Positions 28,086-42,329 of a stretch of DNA of 64,000 nt are shown one piece after another (positions within the stretch are counted from its first letter, which is position 1; the number at the start of each line of letters is the position of its first letter). Both the position numbers and the translations under genes were made by a program. Origin of the DNA: Octopus sinensis (Eukaryota); NCBI RefSeq assembly GCF_006345805.1, contig NC_042999.1:47616001-47680000 (forward strand), written 5' to 3'. The notes below the pieces were generated by a model. The model was given only the letters and a program-made list of their open reading frames with translations. It ran no database searches and was not told the DNA's origin.

Positions 28086-28843
28086 CGATATATATATAAA
28101 AAATATATATATACCAAGATTCATGTATACGTTCATAGATTCATATGTATATAGACACATACACAAGCATGCGCACACACAAAAACACAACACACAAACA
28201 GACACACACACACACGCATGCGCTTAGGGGAAACTTTCAATGATTTGTCGAAGAGAAAGTCTAAATTTCAACAATATTTCATCACCAAGATATAATTATC
28301 TCGAACACGCGAAAGCGGTTCATAAAATTTTTAATGTTAACAAAAACGTAGGTATTTAATGTAAAAAAATACAGTCATAATAATGTGAACGACATTCTAG
28401 TGGATTTGCAGTAGATGCTCAAGTATGTAGGGAATATGAGAAGCCATATCAGATGCTTCTTCGACAAAATAAAATTCCTGTGTTTCAACTGAAATCTCCT
28501 GCTGTGTCAGCACACCAGTGGGTCTATCTTATACATAAGTCAGAAAAAGTGCACGCACACATTCGCATACGCATATGATTACAGGAAATACACAGGCAAC
28601 CCGACGTGTAATACTATGAAAATATACTAACACTGCATTGTGTAGAGTATAACAATGAATGAAAATCTTATGATCTTAATCGATTTTACTAGCTCCATCG
28701 TATTAGTACACTGCCGTACAGACCACTAAAAGGCCTTCAGAAATTTCATCAGTTAACAAGAAACATAATCAAAAATAGCCGCGTGTGTTGAAAATCCTTA
28801 GGATATCACAAACTTAAAATACATTCCAGGACATATTGTGATG

Positions 28844-28908
<65 letters not shown>

Positions 28909-29289
28909 ATATTATATATAATAATATATAAATAGTAAAAGTGAAAAAACTACAGAAGGCTTGTTTTAAAAGGTTAAATATATATATTTGAGTCAATATG
29001 TCTGAAGAATATTACAAATTTTTTTCTTAAATTGACATAATTTAGAAGAAAGACCGGTTTCGCGTTTAGCTTTTCAAATTTCTGTATTTGTGAAGGGATA
29101 ATAGGTCAATACCTTAAAACTCGAGTCCGTGTGTATCATAAGTTGAAGACGGGGAGGATGACTTCCCTTCACAAATACTGATAGGGCTCAGAAAGTGTGT
29201 CTATAGCCAGCTGGAGGAGGTGTCTTCCTGGGCCTACAAACTACAGTAGCATCCCCCTTAGGGGTTAGCCATATTCAAATGGCAAATAT

Positions 29290-29328
29290 ACGTCACGATA
29301 TATATATAATATATATATATATATATAG

Positions 29329-29396
<68 letters not shown>

Positions 29397-29542
29397 CCAT
29401 AACATAACGCGTATATATGTATGAATGTAGGCATATGTGTGTATGTACGTATATAATGATGTATGTATAGATGCATGTATTTCTGTGTGCTTTCGAGACG
29501 TGTTGTATTAATATATACATATATAGACACATACATATTCAC

Positions 29543-29607
<65 letters not shown>

Positions 29608-29743
29608 TATATACATACATATATCTATGTTTATACGTATATAAATATTATGTATATATATGTGTGTGTGTGTGTATATATATACATATATATGTGTGTA
29701 TGTATATATATCACATATATAGATACATACATACAACACACAC

Positions 29744-29805
<62 letters not shown>

Positions 29806-29960
29806 AGTGTTTGTTTGATGTATGTATCTATATATGTGTATATATATACATACACACATATATATGTTATATATATACACACATATATTATATACATATA
29901 ATATAATATATATATATATATAGATATATATAATATTATATATATAAATTATATATAAAT
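29290..29960. repeat. Long TA/TG/CA compound microsatellite
   Basis: Direct reading. Confidence 0.95.
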
Positions 29961-30572
29961 TAGCTGGGAAAAAGAATTTTCAAATCAATCAGGTACAACC
30001 CTTCAGCATTATCGTACGTTGGAGCCTTCTTTATCATATAATCATATATTTATCTAGAAATGTACAAATTATCTAAAGTCAATAATAATTCAGTTTTTTG
30101 GGGATTAATAGATATGCGGGTATTCTATTTCAGATAATACAAAACAAAAAACAACCTAATGAGTATATCTGAAAGTAAACTCATGATATCCATTTGCACA
30201 TCACGAAATAATTCTTAATAGGATATATCCAGTATATGAGCATGGTATATAGTTTACCCCCTTCATTATCTCATAATGAAGTTTACACTTCAATTTATTA
30301 ATTTTGACGGAACTGCTCGTGTTTCAGTATTGGAAGATTACAATATATATACATACAGAGAAATGTAAACACACACACACACAAACATATATTATATATA
30401 TATATATATATATATTATATATGCAATCTTCAAATTTATAATTATTCCAACACATGTTCGGGTTCTTTTTGAAGGTATAGTAAATCTAAGTTTATATCCC
30501 TTTAAAATTAGAGTAACAATACTTTGAAAAGTACCTGAAGATATGTTGGAATAATTATAAATTTGAAGATTG

Positions 30573-30648
<76 letters not shown>

Positions 30649-30651
30649 ATG

Positions 30652-30686
<35 letters not shown>

Positions 30687-30811
30687 TATATATATATGTA
30701 TGTATAGTATGTATGTATTTATATATATAATATAACATGAAGAAACACTGAGAGACATTTGTTGTGTGAAGACTACGGCAGAGTACGCCACCACCGGTGA
30801 CTTGTGGATCT

Positions 30812-30904
30812 TCAGGTGTTTTCGCTCAATAAATACTCACAACCCTTGGTCTGGGAAGCGAAACTGCGAGTCCGCTGCCCAAAGCACTTGGCCATTGCGC
30901 CTCC
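30812..30904 (-). mobile_element. Family D SINE head fragment
   Basis: CAGGTGTTTTCGCTCAATAAA...GGCCATTGCGCCTCCA. Confidence 0.8.
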
Positions 30905-31500
30905 ACACACAAACGCAAATATATTTAATATACGGATCGGTATTGAAATACTACTTGCTATATACAGAGCTGTAGCTCTACACCACAATTTACACTATGT
31001 AAAATTGTCTAGAGTTGCTAGCCACTCTATTAACATTAATATTTTTAACGTTGGTGAAACTTGTTTAAATTAATATATATATACATACGTACCTTCCATA
31101 TATACTTACATGTATTTACGTATTACGTACGTTCATACATATATACATGCTCGTATACATGCATTCAAATATATATACATGCATATTTATATATTTATAT
31201 AAGCAATCACACACACTGAAATTTTGTCGTGGTATATGTTTGGCTGATGAAGATAGATCAAGTTTATGGGTGCAGACATATCTTGAAAAATCTGAAACCT
31301 GCGCAGGTCCCACATTATCCTTTTCCAGATATTTCATCTTTCAGATGTTCTCCCTGGAGGTAAGACAATTTTTTCTAGTTTGTTACACACACGCAGTTTT
31401 GCTAGTACATACGCGGTGAAGCTATACATTAGCGTCGTATTATTACGTTCGCTATTTCCAGTAAATACCGGTACTTCGTTGTGCCATATATTTACTTCTT

Positions 31501-31577
<77 letters not shown>

Positions 31578-33061
31578 GATCCGTTCATATCTACATATGC
31601 ACATTTACGTACAGGACATATACAAGCAACCAACACACACAAACATATATTCATTTGTATATGTATAGATTTGTCTATCTATCTACCTATCTATCTCCCT
31701 TTCTTTCTACCGATATAAGTGTGTGTGATTGCTTATATAAATATATAAATATGCATGTATACATATTTGAATGCATGTATACGGGCATGTATATATATAT
31801 ATGTATGTATGAACGTACGTAATACGTAAATACATGTATGAATATATGAACGTACGTATGTATGTATATATAATCATTTCCATAAATTCATATATGTTTG
31901 AGACGTACTTATAGAACATTTTGCTCAACCGTGGCCAGCGTCGCGCATGACCAGCTAGTGGCCTTTTGCTGAACTATTACATCTGTAATTTTAGAGTCAG
32001 CCGAGATTTCTTGACCGTCAGTATCACTCTATCTTGCAATGACAAATCTCTTCCTGAGGGAAGGTTATTGACGAAACTTCATTGACGCATGGATTTAGAA
32101 CATTTAAAAACTGCGCTGGGAAATGTAAATGATCGAATGGTGACCCATTCCACTTCAGTATAATTCTCTCTCTTTATACAAAATTCTAACTGTTTATACA
32201 AAAGACTAATGGTTCCTTTCAACAGTACTTTTCCATAAAATTATGTCATTATTTCCAATCATTATATTCCATAAATCTACAAAGCAATAACCATAAAACC
32301 ATTTTCACTCATGTAAGCACACACTTCACATATATGATCCCATATACACAGTATATAATCTAATTACATTGTTTACATTGATCGTTAACAAATTTGAAAA
32401 TAATTATAAATTTTATAACTATATTAATAAATTATGATGTCTTAATTTAAAATATTAAATCATGGATATACCCACATATCGCTTTACCAGTTCGGAAATG
32501 GCTGAAAGAAAGGGGTGTTTTTGGAACAACATCGTGCATTATGCCTCTTTTAATGAGGCATACTTCATATGAAAGTCCTTACGAGGTAAAGAAAAAATTT
32601 CGTATTATATCATAACATTGTGTATGTATGAGTATGTGTGTGTATGTGTGTGTGTGTGTGTGTATGTCTGTGTGCGTGCGTGCCCATGCGAATGTCTGTA
32701 TACACACAGAAGCACACACAGATATATACATGCACATATGGTTATATAAATCAACATTTGAATTATTTCAAATAGGTTTCGAAAATATTTCTACAATATT
32801 TGGTCGAGGTCGATCTGTCGACGAGTGTAATCAGCTTAACTGCTGAATCTGAAGTTTCATATGGAAACAAAAATTTTGTAAGTTATTCCAAGGTCGTCTG
32901 CATTGCCGTAAACAATGTTGGTGATAGCCAACAACTTAGAAATGTGGTTACCGACATCCTATATATGTATATATGTAGGAATGTGTGTTTGTATATATGC
33001 ATGTATGTATGTATGCTCTGTCAAGTCCATGCATGTTTGTATGTATTGTTATGTATGTATA

Positions 33062-33109
<48 letters not shown>

Positions 33110-33444
33110 GAGGAGAAGAATATACGCAAGAAAGTAGTGAAAACAGAAGCATAAACCTCAAAAAAGAAAGACAAAAATGAACCGCAACAAATCACCTCAA
33201 CCAATCCATACGTATGTTATAAATATCACCTGTAAAATACATTGCTGATGGTAGTGGTGTTTGAATATGTGATATCTGCATGTGTAAGTGTGTATATTTA
33301 AGAGTATGTTCATTCTGAAATGAAAGGCGACTTGTGTATATAAATTTAAATGCTCAAACACATTATCAATGAGAATTCACAAATGCACTGACAACTAAAA
33401 TATACAGTCTGAAAGACATACAGCTATTAAGACAGAAGCACTTG

Positions 33445-33793
33445 GGACCGGGTTCAGTCTCACTGCATGGCACCTTGGGCAAGTGTATTCTACTATAGCC
33501 CCGGGCCGACCAAAGCCTTGTGAGTGGATTTGGTAGACGGAAACAGAAAGAAGCCCGTCGTATATATGTATGTATGTGTTCATATATTTGTGTGTCTGCG
33601 TTTTTCCCCCCAACATAGCTTGACAACCGATGCTGGGTGTTTGCCTCCCCGTAACTTAGCGATTCGGCAAAAAAGACCGCTAGAATAAATACTAGGCTTA
33701 CAAAGAATAGGTCCTGGGGTCGATTTGCTCGACTAAAGGCGGTGCTCCAGCATGGCCACAGTCAAATGACTGAAACAAAAGAGTAAAGAGTAA
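33445..33793 (+). mobile_element. Family A SINE, slightly 5'-truncated
   Basis: CCGGGTTCAGTCTCACTGC through AAATGACTGAAACAAAAGAGTAAAGAGTAAA. Confidence 0.9.
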
Positions 33794-33979
33794 AGGTAAG
33801 GGTTGCTAAGAGACGATGAATACATGCACACCCTTATCATTTGCAGATAAAACGCTTATAGAAATGTGCACAAGAGAACATATATATGTATATATTAAGA
33901 AAATATGTATACATGTTCGTCTGTATGCATTGGTAAGAGTTAATATATGTGAAAATAAAGAAACAGTGCATATACAAGT

Positions 33980-34057
33980 ACACACGGACACAAACATAAC
34001 CATATGCAAGCATATATGTTTGTGTAGGTGTTGTATATGTATATGTATACATATAAC

Positions 34058-34103
<46 letters not shown>

Positions 34104-34199
34104 TATATATATAATATAATTATATATATATACATATAAATATATATATATACATACTATATATATACATACATACATAACCTATATATATATATATAT

Positions 34200-34239
<40 letters not shown>

Positions 34240-34263
34240 TAAATATATATATTATATATATAG

Positions 34264-34311
<48 letters not shown>

Positions 34312-34320
34312 CGTGAACTG
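33980..34320. repeat. (TA)n compound microsatellite
   Basis: Direct reading. Confidence 0.9.
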
Positions 34321-35441
34321 TAATGATTCACTTGGAGAGTGCACGTAATCTTAACAATGAATCTAATCATTTTCTGCAATATCTCTGCTGATATTTGTAT
34401 TAACATCGGCGAACGAATAGAGTAATTAAGACTGAAATGTATCATAAATATATAAATAAATAATATATCTTTGTTGTAACGTTACTGGGAGCTCATCAAT
34501 TAATGCGATATTGTGTGAATTAGCTCTGTAATTTTAAGTAACTATTGTTTAGTGTAATATCTAAATATTAAAAATTTGTTTTAATGAACGTGTGATCACG
34601 AAATCCTCGCGATTATTGCATTTTCAAGCAATCTCTTTGTATTTGTTATTTATTTGTATTGTGAATTTCTGTGAAGCATTAATTATTGCTTCCTTAGCCT
34701 GTTCTCGTGAAATTATCTAAAAGCATAATGTAACACATTTAAAAATAACCCTTCAATTTTCCTAGTGCTTCAATGTCTGACACATTCGAATACCTTCGGA
34801 TGAACATTACCGATAATAACAATAAAATGAAATATTCTACTACCATTAGGTTGGATGCAACGTTCAACGTACCTTTAAATCTCACTTCAAACTAAATTTT
34901 GTATACTGGGCTCAGCTTTTTATTTTTCATTATTACTCGTATTGTTTAATTAATTTCTAAGTGTAACGTACATCGTTCGTTTATTTCTTTCGTCATATTC
35001 GCTACGCATATGGTTTCTGCTATATAATTGATTATGTATGTACACCTCTAAGGTCAAGTGTTCGACCACTAAACCAGATCCCCGATCCGACTGACTGACT
35101 AGTCTTCTGAGGAGAGTGTCTGGACACCTAGCAGGACAAACGACAAGGGTATTCGAAGGAGTGTTGAGTTTTATTGTAGCATATCAGTCACTCAGTTGGG
35201 GAAGGCAATGTCAAACCACACTGATATCCCTGGCAAGAAATCATTATGAGAGGTAGAAAAATAACGCTATGGTTTCACCCGATGAAAGGGCTTGCATTTA
35301 ATACGGAAATCTTTGGTTCAGGGTCATAAAATACGCTGCAAAATGTGGGATATACATGACGACGACGGAACTTATGAACTTTACCTGTAATTAAGTAATA
35401 TATTTAAATGAGTCTGTGATTGTATATACACATTCAGAACA

Positions 35442-35493
<52 letters not shown>

Positions 35494-35707
35494 TATATTA
35501 TGTGAAATAGAAAGATGAATAATCTTGTAGTAGATTAATCAAAAGTTTAACCGATACCTTAGTAGCAAAATCACAGCAGTAAACAGCACGGTTGGAGGTA
35601 CAACCATCTGGCGTTGCAACCGTGCGTTGGTGCGGATAATTGAAATTAAAACATTATTGTGAATTGAAGAAATGGAGCTGAACGCAGATTGAACAGAAAT
35701 CGTTTTA

Positions 35708-35797
35708 TTTCATTCTACACGTGTTTCGAAAGGCACAAATTACCAAAATCCGATTGAATAATGGGACCATATTGTGTCTTTCTCTTCAGAAGGAAAA
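35708..35797 (-). ncRNA. Type I hammerhead motif in the Penelope terminal repeat
   Basis: CTGAAGA (35789-35783), stem II GAAAG.CACAA/TTGTG.CTTTC, GAAAC, palindromic stem III ACACGTGT, GUA site at 35716; stem I imperfect. Confidence 0.75.
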
Positions 35798-36373
35798 AGG
35801 AAATCCGTTGGAAAACAAAAACAAACAGAGGCGGAGCAAAAACAAAACAAATCGAACTATGCTCCTAAGAGCCCATGGCGAACTGTTTATCAGTGTATGT
35901 TGAGAACCGGTGGCTGAAGAATTCAACGGGTCAGGCATCGGTCAATCATGTGGGTGGGTGTATAGATGTTCTTTGTGACCGAGAATAAAGTTCTGACTAT
36001 TTAAGGAATATTGGATGTTTATAAGGGGCGAGAAAAAATCTACTTAGAGACGTGTGTGTGTGTATACTGTTCTATATATGTGTGTGTTGGCGTAGGGTAG
36101 AAAACATTTTTTGTGTACGTGTGTGCGTTTGATCGTTCGGCTGTCAGTGGCTACTGCCGTGATAACCGTTGGGTGGCAGAAAGAAAAAAAATATATATAT
36201 ATTATGTTTTATGTGTGTGTGTGTTCATCTAAGCCTGCCTTGTCAAGGAAACCCCCCGCTGTGAAAAAACCAAGCCCCGTTTGTCTTACAGGAGTAATTC
36301 CCTTGCAGTGGTTAATCGTAGATATCTTAAAGGCTATTTCAGAATTTGTTACCAAGGGCTATGGGTGCCGGTA

Positions 36374-37857
36374 TTATTTATAAACGCTATTTAAAAGCCA
36401 GATAAGTGTACGCCGCCAATGGGGGCATCGAAAAGCCGACTGTAAGAGCCCGTTTACCATCCGGCCTCTGGCAAACAAAATATGGAAGAGTTCGGAGACA
36501 CAAAGGTTGCACTGTCTTCTGCCCCTATCAAATGGGAGGGCCACCGACAAAATTGACCATTCCAGCCTATAGCTTAAGTTCGTATCCTTCAGTCGCCATA
36601 TTAGCTTACTGAGTCCCGTGGTTCTGGCGCTTGTTCACATCCCGAAAAGTTTGTAATGGTTGGAGACACGCAAAGACAATCTGAGGATGATGCCCCTACA
36701 TAAGTGAAGACATCTGAGTCCGTGTAAACCTGCATTGGTAGACGGCGTTTTTGATCTTGGAGTTCGCCGACGTGAATCTTAATCTGCTAGGATTGGTTTC
36801 TGAAAATAGAACTGCGTTCCTGTCACTATATTCGTTCCGAGACCTGCAGCCGCTTACTACCTATTTTCCACTACGTCACTATTAACTATAGGAATAACAA
36901 CCCCTGATCTCCACTATCTATCAGAGTGCTGTCATTGCTACTGCCCGTGGTGCTGCTATTGCGGGAAATGATGCTGGGGATGCTATTGGGGCTCTCTACC
37001 CTACTCCCATTGTTACCGTCAACCACAACACCCCTATTATAACTATACCCCTAGTGGGTACTCCCTGGCTGGAGCTGAGATTATGTGTCACTGTACTGGC
37101 TCTCATATCATTATTACTACTATAATTATTCCTACTGAGCATTAAACCGGGAGCGGAAGAGGTTGTGCCTCCGGAAAAGGTGATAGGGTCTTAGTAAGTA
37201 GCCTATTATTATGGGAGGCGATTATCTGGGCGAGGTTTTTAGTGTTGGAGAAAGCTATCCTAACTTCATGTGAGTTAACCGTGGAGTAATATTTGGAATT
37301 TCTGGGGAAGTTATTGGCGATGGCTTGTCTAACATGAGGGGGAGGTTAGTTCTAATCTGCTTACCAAAGGGGATTACAAACCATATATGCTTATTCCTAT
37401 CAGTGTGATGGGTCGGGACGCCAGCTCTCGCATTCGGGTGGGTGATTCTCGGATGAATAACGGGTCTGGGTTAGTGTAAGACCTCCCGGACCGATAATTA
37501 TCCTTGTTCGCTAAATTAAATGCGGGAGCGACTACCCCGGCATCCGCCGCGCTCCCGTCCTTACTTAAAAGTTAATGTTATTATATACGGCCCTATCCTG
37601 ATGACCGAATGATGGCATCGGAAGAGCCGATCAATATAAATTACCTTCTGCCTATAACCGGCCTTGGATAGTGCGGCGTTATAAAATTCCGCTTTCTGCA
37701 TAAAATATCGGCACTGGCGGACAAGCCAGACAATCTTAGAGAGATGTTTTTAACCAAATTGTCTGTTACGGTTTTGGCATGATTTGAGAGACACTGACAT
37801 ACTTCAAATTAGTGGAAGGCTTATGGTAAGGGCAGTTGAGTCGCTATTAAGGTTAAG
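36374..37857 (-). pseudogene. Penelope ORF remnant: RT C-terminus/thumb, linker, GIY-YIG endonuclease (several frameshifts and stops)
   Basis: PYHKPSTNLKYVSV/SNH..NLVKNISLRLSGLS; EFYNAALSKAGY; RNKHIWFVIPFGKQIRTN; FPRNSKYYSTVNSHEVRIAFSNTKNLAQIIASHN; NAVYQC; FTYVG; SKLIWRLKD..LEWSIL; CNLCVSE. Confidence 0.92.
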
Positions 37858-37961
37858 TCGGATTTTGGTAATTTGTGCCTTTCGAAACACGTGTAGAATG
37901 AAATAAAACGATTTCTGTTCAATCTGCGTTCAGCTCCATTTCTTCAATTCACCAATTATAT

Positions 37962-38000
<39 letters not shown>

Positions 38001-38057
38001 GATATCTTTGTTATTAGAAATAATAATAATAATAATAAAAAATAATATAAAGTAATG

Positions 38058-38129
<72 letters not shown>

Positions 38130-38631
38130 AATAAATAATAATATTGATAATAATAAAACTGCCAGCAAGATTTAACTAAATTGTTTTAGTATGTATATTA
38201 TATATATATATATATATATACTGTTTCTTAAATTTTAGCCCGCCTGATATGTAATTTTCAAAAATATTTACACCCTTATTTTTAAAGTAGTGTTCTCTTT
38301 AGATATCTATTTGCTGAATTGCTATCCATGAAGATATATAAGCACCTAGGAACCCTTGACCCAAATACATAATACACACTATATATTTAGCGCCCCCACC
38401 CCCAGCTGACATCCTCCAGAATTGAAATCAGAATGTGAAGAGAACGAAGACTATCACGATACATTTTCCCGATGTCCCTAAAATTTCTAACAGCTCGCCT
38501 ACATAATCTCCCTCTATCCCCCCACACTCTCTGTTTCCCTCTCTCTCTGTCTCATGTTCTCATTCACACACACACATGTATATATCTATATGTCTTTCTG
38601 TGCTTGTATATATATATGTGCATGTACACAG

Positions 38632-38662
<31 letters not shown>

Positions 38663-40796
38663 GATATACCACCCAAGAAGATTTGATTTTGTAAAGACTT
38701 TTCCTTTTAGGAAGCAGTTGTTTCTATGGCGTGGCTCACTATATGGTGTTCTTAATCTAAACTATAAAAAGATGTATCTCTCTATCACATTTTACAGTTG
38801 CTTATGTATTTGCGGAGATAATATTTTATATAACATTCTTCTATTTTTAATTGTTTCTTCTGTTTTCTTTAGAAAATAGTTCCCTTCTATTTTATATTTG
38901 AATGTATTTGTGTTGTGGTGTGTATATCGAAACAACATTGTATTTTCGAATACAACAGATACCATTAATTTCGTAACCATTGCAGTAAATCTTGAAAGTA
39001 ATATCCCTGAACAAATTAGCGTGCGTGTGGCACTGTTGCAAGAAAAGATGTTTCATCTTTGTTTGTCGTTAACATTTTAACGATCATTCTGGCGCCAGCA
39101 CTTATATCTCAGAGAGAATTGTTAAATAACTGTACTGAACATGTACTACGATGAACTATTTTTTCTAAATTCTTATCGACGTTTATTGTCCAGATCAGCT
39201 GCTTAACCTGTGCTCTTTATAAATTTCGCATTACTTGGTTTTGATTATGTTTATTTTGTAAGTACAGCATTTTCCAAGATATAAATATATCCCAATGAAA
39301 GTAGATTGAAAAGATTTTGATATATTCGGTAAAGAATACTCTACACAACGCAGAAAACACAATATAATTAGTTTCCAACAGCTAAAATAACCAGTAAGAT
39401 ATTACATTAATACACACACTTACATAGCTTAATTATACATAGCCTAAAGGAAGATATGTTATCAGTTAAGTATCTGGAGTGAACTAATAGAAACTTGTTT
39501 AGAACTGATTATAGTATTCTGTATGTATAGAGCTAAAATTAGGATTGGCGATGACGCATTTAGGATATGCTGTTTTCTCAATTCCAGTTATGCCAGGGTT
39601 AACATTTTTTTCTTTCTTGCAGTAGTAGATAATATAATTATCAGTCTGTACCGACTTAATCTACGATTGATCCATGAAATTTACGTGAGCATACAGAGAG
39701 TAATAAAAATTAAACACACGGGAAACTTGAAAAGGAAATAGTTAATTGTAATGAGGAATATTTCACTATTATATTTTAATTTATGTCACTAACTCCAGTA
39801 TATAATTTGAACTAAAGGCTAAGGCATTCTTAATTAAAAATGCATGATTAAACCGAATCTTCTACTGTAAAAACATGAATTTAACCTTCAGTGAAAAAGA
39901 TAACAAAAAAAAAGTTAAGAGAGTAAGGATAAATAAATTACATTTATTTAAATTCAAGGACAACGAGAATCGAACATACCCTGTAATAATTCTCTACATT
40001 GCTGAATCTTAGAGGAAAATAAACTGCTTCTGTACTTGCATTTGTAATGTGTATAGTCGAAATGAATTGGAGCTGAATGCAAAGAACGAATGTTGTTAAC
40101 AAGTCTATACTATTTTGCCAGATGTGTGTTATCTCATATTAAGAGATGAAGTGGTGTGTAATGATATCAGCATAATCGCTCTCGTGCAGTACTTTCTTCT
40201 TTTATGCTGGAAGAATATATTAGTAGATAGCGAAAGAGAAGCAAAAGAAAGAGATGGTGAAAGAGTGAGTGAAAGGAGCGACCGAACTGTGATGGCGCAG
40301 CAAAATTTTAATTCCTTCCATGGTACCGAGGAGCTACAATAACACCGAAATAACAAAATCTATCCCTTTTACTCATCCCGGAAACATTTGTCTGGACTTA
40401 ACTGGGAGATTCAGTGTTCTTAAGAAGAATTTTGCTTCACATGGGCTATAGCACATCATATAAGCAAATTGATTTTACACTATCGTCACATATATGTCTA
40501 AGAGCGGGGATTCATTTCGTTTTGAGTGGTGTCGAGTACAGCGTTCCAAAGAGATATAATACTAGTGAAATATTGATATCTATCATTGTAGCTCTCTTTG
40601 GGGTGAGTTCTCTACCCTGGCCTAGGACATTCAGTGAGCTTTAAGACTGCGTGTTGTATAGGAAGTTTTCCCTAGACGCTAGCAACATAGCATATACAAA
40701 TGCATACACTGTGTATCTGTGACTGATAATGTTTAACTCTTTTGATTTCCTTAATCCCAAATGCACATTATCTATCTATCGATTAATCTATCTACC

Positions 40797-40838
<42 letters not shown>

Positions 40839-40873
40839 TAGGTAGATATAGATATATGTAAATATATATACAT

Positions 40874-40934
<61 letters not shown>

Positions 40935-40984
40935 ACATACATACCTACCTACCTACCTACCTACGCCTTATTTTAAACAGACAG

Positions 40985-41128
40985 AAGGGGCTAAATACAG
41001 AGAGGACAAACAAGGACAAAGGGATTAAGTCGATTACGTCGACCCCAGTGCGTAACTGGTACTTAATTTATCGACCCAGAAAGGATAAAAGGCAAAGTTG
41101 ACCTCGGCGGAATTTGAACTCAGAACGA
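40985..41128 (-). mobile_element. Family B SINE, head truncated next to the palindrome
   Basis: GGGGCTAAATAC...GGCAAAGTTGACCTCGGCGGAATTTGAACTCAGAACG. Confidence 0.85.
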
Positions 41129-41131
41129 AAT

Positions 41132-41805
41132 ACGTTCATATTATTCTTATACATGACACCGTTAGAGCGTCTCACAAGACGACTTAAGTAACTTAGTTAT
41201 TGCGCGTAAGATTATGATTCCATATCGCTGAGATGTCAACCTTTCATCTCACCTGAGTAAATGAAATAAAGTATGATTTAATAAATAGCCGATGGAATCC
41301 ACTTACCCACTTTCGTCACCATTGTTGGCCTTGTGCCTGAATTATAAACCATTATTATTATAACTCGTTAACAGTTTCCTTTCGTGATCGGTAACACTAT
41401 CTTTCAATGCTTGACAATATAAATACCTACCTACTTATCTGCATGCATACCTAAATATCAATGTATGTATGTAGGCATGTATATATGTATGTATGCATGT
41501 AGGTAGGTAGGTATTTGTATTGTCAAGCATTGAAAGATAGTGTTACCGATCTCGAAATGAAACTGTTAACGAGTTATAATAATAATGGTTTATAATTCAG
41601 GCGCAAGGCAAACAATGGTGACGAAAGTGGGTAAGTGGATTCCATCGGCTACTTACTAAATCATACTTTATTTCATTTACTCAGGAGAGATGAAAGGTTG
41701 ACAGCTCAGCGATATGGAATCATAATCTTACGCTCAGTAACTAAGTTATTTAAGTCGCCTTGTCAGACGCTCTAACGGTGTCATGTATAAGAATAATATG
41801 AACGT
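41132..41805. repeat. ~670-bp near-perfect palindrome (local inverted duplication)
   Basis: ACGTTCATATTATTCTTATACATG... at left is the reverse complement of ...CATGTATAAGAATAATATGAACGT at right; arms ~310 bp with scattered substitutions; (TAYG)-type spacer. Confidence 0.92.
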
Positions 41806-42189
41806 GTCAATCTGGACAGCGGAAATTTAGGCCAAGAGCTGAATATGCACAAATGAGCTGAATCTGAAATTATAAGTAATAATTCAAATATTAATTATAT
41901 ATATTTTAAACTTATCTTTTTAGTACATATTCTAAAGCATTTCATATCCCGCATGATCGTTTCAAATCCCACTCTGCAAACAAATTTTAATGTGGTACTG
42001 AGCAGCATTTAAACATTCACGTTACATGAATATTAAAATGTTGTTACACATACATAGCCGAATTAGAGTATATTCGATAAAGTGCACTGTTGCTTCACAT
42101 AATTTTGAGAAATATAATTAAAGTTCTTATCAATTCCTGTATTATGCTATTACATACATATATGTGCAAATATTCTGTATAAATATAAA

Positions 42190-42250
<61 letters not shown>

Positions 42251-42269
42251 ATGTATGTATATGCATATT

Positions 42270-42329
<60 letters not shown>

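Larger units (their letters stand above)
35498..37952 (-). mobile_element. 5'-truncated Penelope-like retroelement with 3' terminal repeat and inverted partial copy, inserted in (TA)n
   Basis: Coding remnants below; 95-bp exact inverted repeat at 35659-35753 and 37858-37952; (TA)n on both sides; left boundary approximate. Confidence 0.9.

Noticed and set aside
35100-35260. CTGAGGA...CAAACGAC motif
   Set aside because: GAAAC is absent and the context looks like a decayed SINE with an RTE-derived segment
39623-39684. 62-nt plus-strand segment with strong acceptor and TAC|GTGAGC donor (VDNIIISLYRLNLRLIHEIY)
   Set aside because: No neighbouring compatible exon or homology; opposite strand to the other candidates
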